Below, one piece after another: positions 39,792-50,807 of a stretch of 64,000 nt of DNA (positions within the stretch are counted from its first letter, which is position 1; each line of letters opens with the position of its first letter). The notes below the pieces were generated by a model, which ran no database searches, had not been told where the DNA came from, and saw nothing but the letters and a program-made list of their open reading frames with translations. A program made the translations under genes and the position numbers. Origin of the DNA: an uncultured Methanosarcinales archaeon (GTDB lineage: Archaea > Nanobdellota > Nanobdellia > Woesearchaeales > CAYVYK01); NCBI GenBank assembly GCA_964455675.1, contig CAYVYK010000005.1, positions 1 to 64,000 of the forward strand, given 5' to 3'.

Positions 39792-41555
39792 ATGCCAATA
39801 AAACGTTCGCTCATCTGTTCCACGCTTGGGCATGTGGATCATGGGAAGACATTGCTCCTTGATAGGATTAGGGGCAGTGCTGTCCAGCGCGGTGAGGCGG
39901 GTGGTATCACACAGGCTATTGGCGCATCCATCATTCCGATTGAGACGATCCGAAAAGTCTGTGGGCCTCTGCTTCTTTCGTTGAAGCGAGAGATCACAAT
40001 CCCTGGTCTTCTCTTTATTGACACTCCAGGTCATGCCGCATTCACATCTCTTCGGAAGCGCGGTGGTAATCTTGCGGATATAGCGATTGTCGTCGTTGAC
40101 ATCAATGAAGGTCTTATGCCGCAGACTGAGGAAGCTATCGAGATTTTGCGGCAGGCGAAGACTCCATTTTTGATTGCAGCGAATAAAATCGATTTGATCC
40201 GTGGCTGGACACCGTCTTCTTCGATACTCCTCGAGACTCTCACGAAGCAGCCAAGGGAAGTCATTGAGGCTTTCGATCGTAAGCTGTATGAGTTCGTGGG
40301 TCAGTTCTATGAGAAATTTCAGATGAATGCGGACCGTTTTGATCGTGTTCAGGACTATACAAAACAGGTTGCGATTGTTCCAACGTCTGCAATGACTGGC
40401 GATGGAATACCAGAACTTCTCATGGTTCTGACAGGTCTTGCTCAGAGATACCTTGAGGGTTGTCTTGAGTGCGAACCAGATGGTCCGGGGAGAGGAAGCA
40501 TTCTTGAGCTTCGCGAGGAGAAAGGTCTTGGTATGACTGCTGATGTTATTTTGTACGATGGAACGCTGCAGGTTAACGATGTGCTAGTTGTCGGTACTCT
40601 CGATCAGCCTTTTGTGACGAAGGTGAAGGCACTGTTGTTACCTAGTCCGCTCATGGATATGCGAGATCGTAAATCCAAGTTTCACGGAGTTAAGCAGGTC
40701 TGGGCTGCGACAGGTGTCAAGGTCTCCGCTCCTGATCTTGATAAGACAGTCTCTGGAATGCCGGTTCATGTTGCCTCGCATGATGATACGGAAAGCGTGA
40801 TGAAAGCGGTGCGTGCTGAGGTTGAGGAAGTCCTGATCCAGACGGACGAGAATGGAGTAATCGCGAAAGCTGATACGCTGGGTAGTCTTGAGGCTTTGAG
40901 TGTTCTGCTTCGTCATCATGGGATCCCGATCATGAAAGCGATGATTGGTCCGATTGGGAAGAAGGACGTGCTCGATGCGGAGGCGAACGCGCAGAAGGAT
41001 CCGCTGAATGCCGCGGTGCTTGGCTTCAATGTTCCTGCAGAGGGTGTGGAATCGTCAAAAGCAGTGATCTTCGCACACAATGTGATCTATCGGCTGATTG
41101 AGGATTTTCAGGGATGGCAAGCTCAAAAGCGTTCGGCGCTCGTCCAGGCAGAACTTGGTGGTCTTGTTCGGCCAGCGAAGATTGAGGTATTGCGAGGGTA
41201 TGTATTCCGGCAGTCGAATCCTGCAGTATTTGGGATATCTGTTTCCGCAGGTTGTCTGGAGGCGCACGTGCCAATGATGAATGCGAACGGTGATGTTGTT
41301 GGCACGGTGAAAGCAATCCAGGCAGAGCAGGAGAATGTGGAGAAGGCAGAGCTGAATCAGCAGGTTGCAGTTTCGATGGATGGAGTTATCATGGGCCGGC
41401 AAATTCAGGAGGGCGATACCCTCTATGTGGATGTGCCTGAGGATGATTTCAAGAAATTACGAGATCATAAGGAATATCTTTCCAAGGGAGAAGTTGAGCT
41501 GTTGCGTGAGATCGCCAAAATAAAGCGGAAAGGTAATGTTGTGTGGGGTGTCTGA
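39792..41555 (+). CDS. infB: Translation initiation factor aIF5B (IF-2)
   Basis: GHVDHGKT, EAGGITQAIGA, DTPGH, NKID. Confidence 0.98.
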   Translation: MPIKRSLICSTLGHVDHGKTLLLDRIRGSAVQRGEAGGITQAIGASIIPIETIRKVCGPLLLSLKREITIPGLLFIDTPGHAAFTSLRKRGGNLADIAIVVVDINEGLMPQTEEAIEILRQAKTPFLIAANKIDLIRGWTPSSSILLETLTKQPREVIEAFDRKLYEFVGQFYEKFQMNADRFDRVQDYTKQVAIVPTSAMTGDGIPELLMVLTGLAQRYLEGCLECEPDGPGRGSILELREEKGLGMTADVILYDGTLQVNDVLVVGTLDQPFVTKVKALLLPSPLMDMRDRKSKFHGVKQVWAATGVKVSAPDLDKTVSGMPVHVASHDDTESVMKAVRAEVEEVLIQTDENGVIAKADTLGSLEALSVLLRHHGIPIMKAMIGPIGKKDVLDAEANAQKDPLNAAVLGFNVPAEGVESSKAVIFAHNVIYRLIEDFQGWQAQKRSALVQAELGGLVRPAKIEVLRGYVFRQSNPAVFGISVSAGCLEAHVPMMNANGDVVGTVKAIQAEQENVEKAELNQQVAVSMDGVIMGRQIQEGDTLYVDVPEDDFKKLRDHKEYLSKGEVELLREIAKIKRKGNVVWGV

Positions 41556-42040
41556 TGTTATTCGTCCATAATTTGCGGATTCTAAACACCAGGGAGCGGT
41601 CTGATATTGCTGATGCGGTTAAGGCACAGTGGGGTATTCCCGACGTTCCAAGTGTTCTCCTGCTGAACAACAGGAATGATGTATTCACCATATCCCCCGA
41701 TATCCAATCGGTCACGCTGCAGAATCTACATATCAACTCGCTTGGTTTGTACATTGGTGAATGGCGTGAGGGCAACTTGCGTCTTTCCATGGAGGGTTCT
41801 CATCTTCTGGGTCCGCTGGCAAAAAAGAATTTGATTGATCTTACAAAGGATCAGACGGAAAGCTGGCTGAAGGGTGATCCTTTGCTTCTGGAACGGGGAT
41901 CTGCGGAGGGCTTTCAACTTGTCGCGTATCCCCATCCGATTACCGGCAAGCGTGATTTTCTTGGATGCGGAAGGTATCGGGAATCGACGCTTATCAACTT
42001 TGTTCCCAAAGCTCGGCGAGCCAAGGAACCAATCGTCTAA
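41555..42040 (+). CDS. NIP7/PUA-like ribosome biogenesis protein
   Basis: SLGLYIG, RLSMEGS..LGP.A.KN, WLKG, NFVPKARR. Confidence 0.7.
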   Translation: MLFVHNLRILNTRERSDIADAVKAQWGIPDVPSVLLLNNRNDVFTISPDIQSVTLQNLHINSLGLYIGEWREGNLRLSMEGSHLLGPLAKKNLIDLTKDQTESWLKGDPLLLERGSAEGFQLVAYPHPITGKRDFLGCGRYRESTLINFVPKARRAKEPIV

Positions 42041-42052
42041 TTAACTCTACAT

Positions 42053-43138
42053 TCAGAGGGTAAGCTGTCGGAATCTGTACTCATAATACTTGTTGCGGAG
42101 TGTGTGGAGGGCTCTTCCCTCGATGAGTATTCCAAAAAGATTGGTGATCGCCCTGCCTTTCTCAAGTGTCAGTAAGTATCCTTTATGTGAAACATGAACT
42201 TCTCGCAGTGGTTTCTTCTGCAGGAGACGGGCAACATTCTTCCCTGTGGCAAGACCATGCGCTAGTGCGATTTGTGCTGTGGGTGGCTGCGACCTGTTCA
42301 TGCCGTTCGTGTTTGCCGCGTCCCCGAGGACAAATAGGTCCTTCTTGGCCTGCAGATATTTGTCGACGCGGATTCGTCCGGTATCATCCATTGCCAGCGG
42401 TTCATCCATGTTAGGAATGCTAGCCATTATACCCGCGCACCAGATGATCGTGTCTCCAATTACTGTCTCAGAGATTCCATGCACAACTCCTTGCGTAATC
42501 TTCTGCACCGCAAATCCTGTCCTTACACGGATGCCTGCGGTACCAAGTATGTGTTCCACAACTTTAATGATCCTCGGTGGGAATCCTGATAGTATGCTAG
42601 TATCCCGCTGAAGAATGATGATCTCAGACATTCTCATTGTTGACCGTTGATGCTCTAAAATCTGAAAAGCGACTTCAATACCTGCAGGTCCGCCACCGAT
42701 GATGATCGTCCGGTGTGGTGCTTTTCCAACTGTTGGTTTCTTCAGTTGTTTTTTTATCGCTTCCACGTGCTGGTATTCTCTAAATTCAAATGAGTGTTCT
42801 TTTGCCCCTGGAACCATGGATGAATTACTCATTGATCCTGTTGCTATAACGAGAATATCATATGGGATGGCTTTCTTTCCGCAGCGAATGATGTGCTCCT
42901 TGGTATGTATCGCTGTGACTTCTTGTGTGTGGAGTCTGATGCCTCTAAGGGATTGCATGTCCGTATAAGCACGCATGATTCTCATTTCTTGTGTAAGAAT
43001 GTCAGGTAGCCATGGTGTGAAGAGGAAATGGCCTTTTTTTGTGATGAGAGTGATGTCAACGTTTGCGTCTGCGTGCTTGCGAAGTGCTGAGATGAATGCA
43101 AGGCCTGCAAATCCTCCTCCGATGACGACGATCTTCAT
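42053..43138 (-). CDS. NAD(P)/FAD-dependent oxidoreductase (type II NADH dehydrogenase-like)
   Basis: GGGFAG, YDILVIATG, GGGPAGIE, IWCAG, LGD, TAQIA. Confidence 0.9.
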   Translation of the reverse strand: MKIVVIGGGFAGLAFISALRKHADANVDITLITKKGHFLFTPWLPDILTQEMRIMRAYTDMQSLRGIRLHTQEVTAIHTKEHIIRCGKKAIPYDILVIATGSMSNSSMVPGAKEHSFEFREYQHVEAIKKQLKKPTVGKAPHRTIIIGGGPAGIEVAFQILEHQRSTMRMSEIIILQRDTSILSGFPPRIIKVVEHILGTAGIRVRTGFAVQKITQGVVHGISETVIGDTIIWCAGIMASIPNMDEPLAMDDTGRIRVDKYLQAKKDLFVLGDAANTNGMNRSQPPTAQIALAHGLATGKNVARLLQKKPLREVHVSHKGYLLTLEKGRAITNLFGILIEGRALHTLRNKYYEYRFRQLTL

Positions 43139-43267
43139 GTCATAAACACATTCCTATCCGTTTATAATTATACTGTTTTATGCGCTGCTCGTCGTACTCT
43201 ATCCAAACCTATAAATACCTGCCAATGCACAGATGCACGTACAGTCTATAAGAAAAGAGGTGTAAGG

Positions 43268-44515
43268 GTGCGACAGCTGTATGTGATTATTGCCTTGTTT
43301 GTTATTCTCTGTTCTGGCTGTGCGACCGTTGAAGTGACTGAGCAACTGAAGCCCCAAGGTGAATATAACCTAATAATGGACCTTACGGTGCCCGCAGAGA
43401 ATCTGGTAACTCTGCGGGAGAACCTGCAGTTGGTTCCGGGTTTGGAAGGCATAGCCGAGGTTACATCGACTGATTCCTCCTTAAGAGTAGCTTTCTTTGG
43501 TCTTTCCTATGGACAGCCAAGGAATTTTTTTCGAAATACTTCATTCGGCGATCCTGATGGTCTGCTCCCACGCGTAGACTATCTTGGTCAAGAACTGCAT
43601 TTCCCGTATTATATCCACACGTACGAATATCATGTTGTACCAGCATTATTCTCAAATCCGACGGGAGGAGTGCTGAGCGCAGAAAAATACATTGAGGATG
43701 AGATCAACCTTCTGGATTCCTCACAGGAAGATCTGATTGTTGAGAGGATGAATCGCATGTTTCAAAATGATTCGATTGAACTTCTGGTAGTCACTAAACC
43801 CATGGTGAATTATGATGAATTTCAGCCGGAATTCATCCAGCAGTTTGATTTTGTGACGAAGCGCTATGTCATGCTGTTCGTCTCAAGGAATGCAACCGCC
43901 TCAATCTGCATGATCGATACAAATCTCTTCTTTGGAGAGGCAGTTCCGCTCGAGATCACATCGCTTGGTGCGCGCTTTGCGGAGAACTGTTCACGAAATC
44001 TTTCAAAGAATATCATGGATGTCACGGAACATCTTGATCAACTGTTTATCCAGCAGGACATTATAGTACTGGATGCGGAGGAGCAAGGTATTGATTTCTC
44101 TAATCTGCCAAGTATCCAGTACACCGTAGACCTGTTTGGAGACGTGACAGATACGAACGGTGAGGTCCTTGATAGGCGAAGGGTTCGCTTTGATATCGAT
44201 CCAGCGGTGGAGATGGGATACAGGGTGCAGTTCCGTGAGTTTATCCTTGCATCATATTTCGGAAAGAATTACATTTGGTATGTTGGTTTGATATGTCTTT
44301 TACTACTGTTTCTCATGATTATTGTGCTTGCTACAAGGATCCGGGAATACCTAAGGCCGAGGGAAAGACCAATGCCCGATGGTCCGAATCCCCAAGCGCT
44401 TGTGTACGTCAGGCGAGGTCGCATGTGTGGCATTTCAGATGAGGAGATCTCTCGAAGGCTCATTGCAGCTGGTTGGTCTAAGGCCGATGTGGATAAGGCA
44501 TTGCAGATGCTGTAA
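43268..44515 (+). CDS. Lipoprotein with C-terminal TM anchor (possible TPM-like domain)
   Basis: CSGC lipobox; TM near C-terminus; tail I..RL..AGW. Confidence 0.7.
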   Translation: MRQLYVIIALFVILCSGCATVEVTEQLKPQGEYNLIMDLTVPAENLVTLRENLQLVPGLEGIAEVTSTDSSLRVAFFGLSYGQPRNFFRNTSFGDPDGLLPRVDYLGQELHFPYYIHTYEYHVVPALFSNPTGGVLSAEKYIEDEINLLDSSQEDLIVERMNRMFQNDSIELLVVTKPMVNYDEFQPEFIQQFDFVTKRYVMLFVSRNATASICMIDTNLFFGEAVPLEITSLGARFAENCSRNLSKNIMDVTEHLDQLFIQQDIIVLDAEEQGIDFSNLPSIQYTVDLFGDVTDTNGEVLDRRRVRFDIDPAVEMGYRVQFREFILASYFGKNYIWYVGLICLLLLFLMIIVLATRIREYLRPRERPMPDGPNPQALVYVRRGRMCGISDEEISRRLIAAGWSKADVDKALQML

Positions 44516-44653
44516 TCGTTTAAACTGCAGAACAAAGCCTTTTCCGTACCTATATTGGAAAACGTGGATAACCTTGGAAAGACCTGAAAACGCCTGTCAA
44601 AGCCTGTAATAAAATCGTAAAGTATTTAAAGGGCGTATTCCTTGCAGAGCAGT

Positions 44654-45157
44654 ATGGGCAAAGAACCTGATTCCGACGAGAAGATGCTCGAGGAATTCAT
44701 CCAGAATCTCAATTTAAAGCATCCACGCGAATCATATGATCCGCATAGGTATCAGACGACAAATTCTCGTGAGGACGTTAAGACTGTTTTCTCGAATTTG
44801 AAGGAAGAAAAGATTCAGTCGTTAAAAGAGGCGATTGAGGATATTGAAAGCCTGATTGTCCGTCGAGAAACACTGCATAAGGAGATGATGAAGGATCTTG
44901 GAAAGATTGAGTCCGAAGTGAATGCGATCATCACAAGTATGAGCCCTAATCCGAACTTGCGTGACGCTCCCGAGGTAATGAAAGTCCGTGAGGAGCTCCG
45001 TCGGGAGATAGTTGCAGTGCGACAGATGGGTGTCAAAGAGAAGCTTGATTGTTTCCGCGATATTGCTGATTTGAAGAAGGAGCTCCGTGAGCGGGTTCAT
45101 GACTTCCGTGAGCGGGAGACACAGAACGAGGCTTTTGATAACATCATAGAGCCATAA
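44654..45157 (+). CDS. Coiled-coil protein upstream of the HerA-like ATPase
   Basis: E/K/L-rich helical sequence; TATA TTTAAA upstream; 1-nt gap to the ATPase. Confidence 0.75.
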   Translation: MGKEPDSDEKMLEEFIQNLNLKHPRESYDPHRYQTTNSREDVKTVFSNLKEEKIQSLKEAIEDIESLIVRRETLHKEMMKDLGKIESEVNAIITSMSPNPNLRDAPEVMKVREELRREIVAVRQMGVKEKLDCFRDIADLKKELRERVHDFRERETQNEAFDNIIEP

Positions 45158-45158
45158 C

Positions 45159-47087
45159 ATGGAGCGCGCAATTACAACCGAGGAGCTCTGTAGGCGTTTA
45201 AAGCCGATTTTTGGGAAGAAAATAGACCAATTGTATCTGAAGTATACTCTCACGGAGGGTCGCCGTGAGAAAGAAGAGATCGCGCAGTTTATTGCGGTCC
45301 TCTATGAGAAACACCTGGAGACAACGCTTCTCGGCGAGAAGATACTGCTCGTTCCGCCAAAGGAGAACGATGTGTCCGGAACCTACCCTCTTGGTATGGT
45401 AACATACGCTGATAAAGAATTGTATCCGTTCTGTATGCGCGACCAGGACTTGGTCCGTCACATCTGCATCACAGGTATGTCCGGTTCTGGTAAGACAAAT
45501 CTTGCTTTCCTCATCATCTCTCATCTTATCAAGAACAATATGCCGTTGATCATTTTTGACTGGAAAAAGAGCTTCCGGCCTTTGCTCAATCTTGACAAGA
45601 AGATGATGATCTTCACGATCGGTAAGAAGGAGACATCAAATATGTTCCGGGTGAATATCAACCGTCCTCCGCCAGGTGTCGATCCGACGGAGTGGATCGG
45701 GATACTCTGTGACCTGGTGAGTGAGTGTTTCTACACGAGTTATGGTGTTCATAAGCTCCTTAAGGAAAGTCTCGATCAGGCGTTTAAGGATTTTGGCGTG
45801 TACAAGGGGTCTGATAATTATCCCAATTGGTACCATATCAAAACTCGCCTTGAAGATCGTGCTGCTGAGATGCAGAAAGGTCGTTCGCATCGTGAGGCAG
45901 AGTGGATGGAGAGTGCTCTGAGAATTGCGCACTCGCTTACGTTTGGTAATTTCGGAGATGTGGTGAACACAAAGAAAGGGACGTACGTTGATGTTGAGGA
46001 CTTATTTAATATGAGGACGATCTTTGAGCTTGCCTCACTTGATACGTCGGAGAAGAAGTTTTTTTGTGAGTATGTCTTAACGTATATCTATAAATTGAAA
46101 AAAGCAAAGGTGAATCAGAAGCAGCCGTTCAACTTCTCTATAATGATTGATGAAGCTCATAACATCCTGCTTAAAGAAAAGCCTGTATTCATGCGTGAGA
46201 CGGTAACAGAGATGATTTATCGTGAGATTCGTGAGTATGGGATAGGCCTCATCTGCCTTGATCAGCATGTATCCAAGCTTTCCGAGACTGTTGTGGGGAA
46301 TAGCGCTACGTCGATAGCATTCCAGCAGATGCTACCTCAGGATGTTGAGACCGTGTCCATGGTTATGATGATCAAGGATTACAAGCAATACTTCACGATG
46401 CTTCCAGTTGGTGTTGCAATTGTCAAGCTGGCCGAGCGGTATTTCAATCCGTTCCTCATTAAGGTACCGCTTGCTGAATTCAAGAAGACAGAATACACGG
46501 ATGAGCAGATCGTTGAGCGTATGAATAAGCTCGCTCGTGATTTGATCCGTCAAAAATCGTTCAAGGAATCACTCAAGGACGACAATTTGAAGAAAGTTGT
46601 TGAAGGACTGAATCGGCTTGAGCATCTCCGTACCGAAGGCCGAGGTGACGAGAACCCTAAGGAAATGACTCCTGAAGAATACAATAGCCTCGTCGAATAT
46701 CTCTCGAGAAATGAGAATGTTCTCGAATTTCTGAAACTCGCACAGGGGAAACGGATGGGAACGACAGAATTATATACCAGTCTTGGATTGTCCACGAGGA
46801 AGTGTGATGAGCTAAAAACCGACCTCCAGTATAGGGGTTTAATTAAGGTGGAGGAGGAGCGCACTCCATCAGGACTGCGCAAGTTCATCGTCATAACTCC
46901 CAAGGGCAGGGAGATTTGCGAATACGTCACAAACCTAAAATCGGATTCCTTCAATGCGTCAAAAGGTGATGAGCCAGACGCTCACGACCCCGAGGTTTCC
47001 GAAAGAGGATCCACAAAACCATCATTGGCGAAGTCACAAAAAAGACAGTCAACCTCACATTCATCAAATAAACCATCCATAAAATAG
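45159..47087 (+). CDS. HerA/VirD4-like (DUF87) P-loop ATPase with C-terminal winged helix
   Basis: RHICITGMSGSGKT, IFDWK, IMIDEAH, REIREYG, LDQ; C-terminal GLIKVEE..ITPKG. Confidence 0.88.
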   Translation: MERAITTEELCRRLKPIFGKKIDQLYLKYTLTEGRREKEEIAQFIAVLYEKHLETTLLGEKILLVPPKENDVSGTYPLGMVTYADKELYPFCMRDQDLVRHICITGMSGSGKTNLAFLIISHLIKNNMPLIIFDWKKSFRPLLNLDKKMMIFTIGKKETSNMFRVNINRPPPGVDPTEWIGILCDLVSECFYTSYGVHKLLKESLDQAFKDFGVYKGSDNYPNWYHIKTRLEDRAAEMQKGRSHREAEWMESALRIAHSLTFGNFGDVVNTKKGTYVDVEDLFNMRTIFELASLDTSEKKFFCEYVLTYIYKLKKAKVNQKQPFNFSIMIDEAHNILLKEKPVFMRETVTEMIYREIREYGIGLICLDQHVSKLSETVVGNSATSIAFQQMLPQDVETVSMVMMIKDYKQYFTMLPVGVAIVKLAERYFNPFLIKVPLAEFKKTEYTDEQIVERMNKLARDLIRQKSFKESLKDDNLKKVVEGLNRLEHLRTEGRGDENPKEMTPEEYNSLVEYLSRNENVLEFLKLAQGKRMGTTELYTSLGLSTRKCDELKTDLQYRGLIKVEEERTPSGLRKFIVITPKGREICEYVTNLKSDSFNASKGDEPDAHDPEVSERGSTKPSLAKSQKRQSTSHSSNKPSIK

Positions 47088-47288
47088 CGAAACACAACAG
47101 CCTTTCCCTCACGCGCACACCAGCGTCAAAAAAATCGAGACGCATCCTTGCGCGTTGGAGAAATCCGCCCCACGTTTTCCCGAAAGAACCCCAAGGTTCT
47201 GTATCGGTACGACGTGAGAAAACAAGACGGATAAGGCCGGAAACGGGAAAAAACTGATTCCCGCTTCGCTGGGACACCACTGCTTCTG

Positions 47289-47332
47289 AAGAGTGAATTC
47301 TATAGGATTAAAGAGTGAATTCTATAGGATTA
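47289..47332. repeat. Perfect 22-bp tandem duplication AAGAGTGAATTCTATAGGATTA
   Basis: 47289-47310 and 47311-47332, at the left edge of the structured GC-rich block. Confidence 0.9.
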
Positions 47333-48320
47333 TAATCGGGTTCGAGACTGTCGACCCCTTCCCCACATGCCCGCCATGACCCTGGACCTCCTTCGTGAAC
47401 GCTGACCTTTAATCACTTTGTGGATTGGTTGTGGCGGGTTTGATATCAACGGGACCTCCCCCTCCTCTGGAGCGGTGCTTTCTCTACCGTGCGCTTCGCG
47501 CATGAGTAAAGACCGTGCCGCTCCTGAATATTTTCTATCTCCTGGGTAATGGAGAAGTTCTGATACTGAGGCGGCATTGCCTTCGCGCATGCGTTCCCCC
47601 CGCGCTGCCGGGTGATGCCGCCAAAAACAAATGACCGCCGCACAATCCCCTCTCGGATGATGTGTTAGTCTCTAGCCAGAACGTGCGGCGGTCATGAACC
47701 CTGCGGCACTGCTCTCGTGTAGGCGTTTCCCCCCACCGTCTCCGGACAGTGCCGCGTTGACTATCAGTAGTCTGGTGGGAGTGCTGCGGCTGGGGCCCGC
47801 AAGGCGACAGTATGCATTCCTCGCGCTGAAGGGAGCATCTGTCGCCACTGACTGAACTCCCTGCCGTTGGCCGTATGTGATTTCGGCTCGCCCGCGCCAG
47901 CGGCAGGGTGCTTGATACCCGGGCGACCACACGCCCACTGACCGAGGCTTCGTCAGCCGACGGAGCCTCCCTTCGGGGGCTGCACGGACAAACACGATGT
48001 TGCCACAGCATGAGTATCATCCCCTTGCTAACCTGCTTGTTGGAAACGTGGTAAGCCAGCACCGGTCGGCGAGAATGGATGATGCGATGTTCATCGTGCC
48101 GAAAGCCCCCATCAGTGTTGAATCACGCGTGGCCAGGACGCGTGTGTCGCCGTGGATGCTGTGGCGCTTGCAGCTTCTTTCGGCAGCGGCGGTTAGGCAT
48201 GGGCTCCCTTGGTCGAGGTAGCGAGACGTAAGGGTAGCGCCTGCGGGTTGGTCCTAGTTCGGGATCCTTTGCCCCCTTGCGGGGAGCCCATGCCCTGGAT
48301 CCACATACATAGTGTCCTAC

Positions 48321-48395
48321 GGGCTTTGCTCTGGGAGGGGAAGCGACGCGAAACAGTCGTCGTTGCTTACAAGGGTTCGACTCCCTTAAGGCCCC
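48321..48395 (+). ncRNA. tRNA-like domain lacking a D-stem
   Basis: Acceptor GGGCTTT/AAGGCCC; T-arm AAGGG-TTCGACT-CCCTT; 8-bp arm AAGCGACG/CGTTGCTT with a 12-nt loop. Confidence 0.6.
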
Positions 48396-49006
48396 GTGCC
48401 TTGGCAGGTTGCGCGGTCAACCGTTGACGGGTCTGCCAAGGCGTCACGTCATACTTGGGAGGTAGGTTCGATGAGCCAAGTCGTAAGGAAGCGCGGCACG
48501 AAGATGGAAGCATTGGTCGCAATGTCAACGAAGCGGGATGACCAGACGGATCGTGACACTGGTCATTGCCTGCAGATGGGGCAGACCCCATCCCACGTTC
48601 CCGTCAACCTGCCGGTCCAGCGGAGGCAGCTCAAGGCGAACAGGATCCACAGGGGCGAGCTTCCGATGGATTGAACCTCCCGGTTTGGATGTTCTCGTGG
48701 CTGTTCCCCAGTCACACCCTCGTCCGGGTCTTCGGCGAGGTGGTCGTCAGCCCTGCAATTATCGCGGGGCTCAGGTCCGGCGCTTGCCGGCCAAATGAGG
48801 GCCTTGGCTGAAATGGCCTCGGCTTTCACTCTGTGGCACAATGGTGTGCCGGTGCAGCGAGGGCGAAGTGCGGGTGTGTAACCTGCAAAATGCGTATGTG
48901 GAAGGTGCCCTCAAAATCCATCCCCGGGCATTCGCCATGAACCGTGTCGGATGTGCGGGGATCATTGAACTCCTCAGGGAATTCCCTGTTGACATAGATC
49001 GCAGCC

Positions 49007-49420
49007 TCTTTCCCCTCCGGAGCGCACCAGGCTTGGTATCCCTGTGATTCCTCCCTGGTGCCCTCTTTTGGGAATCCCCGGTCCGATGCCACGGGCCGCT
49101 GCTTGGCACTGGCGCCGATGACTACGAGAAACGTCGCACCAGTGCCTCTTGCCGATTGCCCAGCGATGGCTGGTTGGTCGATAGTGCTTCTTTCCCCTCC
49201 GGAGAGCACCGGGACGCCTTAGGCACTCGGTGCCCTCTTTGTCCGCTGACCGGGTCCTAGGCGAGGACCTGTCCCTCCATGCGGGTATCGGTGAAGACCG
49301 TTAAGCCGGTACCCGCCGTGCCGATTGCCCAGCGATGGCTGGTTGGTCGATAGTGCTTCTTTCCCCTCCGGAGAGCACCGGGATGGTGGTCCGAGCGGCT
49401 CCTCCTGGTGCCCTCTTTGT
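49007..49420. repeat. Three copies of TCTTTCCCCTCCGGAG(A/C)GCACC-variable-GGTGCCCTCTTT
   Basis: 49007-49068, 49150-49242, 49319-49420; copies 2 and 3 share 65 identical nt. Confidence 0.9.
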
Positions 49421-50807
49421 ACGTATTCGTGTTCCTCCCCGAAGGAGGTGCCTGCTCACCGAGGGTGGGCACCTCCCATGGGACACGTTGTTGATAGATG
49501 TCTCCCTTCGCTGGACGCGCTCGCGTTCCAGAAGAACGGCACCGATCCCGGCAAAGCTCGGTGCCGTCGTGCCCCTGATCCGTCGCTGACGGCCCTCCGT
49601 TCCCCTGATGGGCGAGCCATCCCCCGCCCAACGCCCTCATGGCTCGCCCAGTTTGATTCTGATCCGTTTGGCCCGACGGTGGAGTTCGCCATTGAGGCCT
49701 GTTGGTGGAGTGGCGACGCGGGAAGGCACCAGTGTGATCATCATCACACTGGTGCCGCTTGACTGTTCATGCGTACCCGTGCGGGGCGCATTGGGTGCTT
49801 CACCTAGAGATGGTGAGGCGGATGCGGCAGGGCGGCTCGGGACTAGACTGCCACGGCTCGAGCCGCCCATTGAGAATTCCGGACGGATTGATCCGTCCGT
49901 TCACGGCGATGATACCACTTTAGGAGATGGAGTATGGTGCTGAAATTCAATGGATGAGGCCCCAAGTGAATGGAGAGCGCGGACGTTTGCTTGGGGCGCG
50001 ATGGGAATTGACCGCGCGGTGATCACACCGAAAGCCGATGTGGGTATCGGCAGAGAGGAGAATACTTCTCGGTATGATTGTCGCAAGGGTACCTGGTTTG
50101 TCCGGACAGGCTGCCAGGTGAATGCTGACGACTGTGTCGGCACAATGGCTGGGGTGCATCCAAATATCAAGTCAGAAGGGTGTGCCCCCTAACCGTTGAG
50201 GGAAGAGCGCAGGTCAGAAGTGTTCTTGCACATCTGAGTTCTTCCGCATCCTGAAAGCGTGCATAGCGCGCTTGGACCAGAGGGAGGCGGTCCAGACCCC
50301 TTGGGTGCTGCGCGAGCCGCGGTCTCCCCACCCGATGAAAAGGGATCTAACCGCGAAAAAGCCTTACATCTTGGTGTTCGTCAATAACTCAAACAATCAT
50401 CACGTCCCATACGGACGCGGATCGAAAAAAAAAGGTGTTCGTCTAGCCACGGTCGGGAGCTGATCGCTTTCCCGCCCGAAAGGACGTCAGCGGACCTCTT
50501 CCTCCCAGGGGTCCGCCCTGTTTTTGTTCCAACAAGGCCAGTTGAGGAGACCTTATGGAGCACTGTCTGATGTTGTCCTCTGAGAATCGCACTATCATCC
50601 GCTTCGGATGAAACACACAAATGGACTCGCCATGGTTCCGTGGACCGCCGGGGCGAGTGAACACAAATACCGGCTAGCCGCGTGCAAGCGTCCGCGAAGT
50701 CACAGGCGTTATGCGGACGCGCGTGGACGAGGCAGGGGACAATAGCGCAGGAGTCCGGCACGCCATCGTCGGACATGGCGCATGTACCCTGATCCGCTGC
50801 CCGTCCT

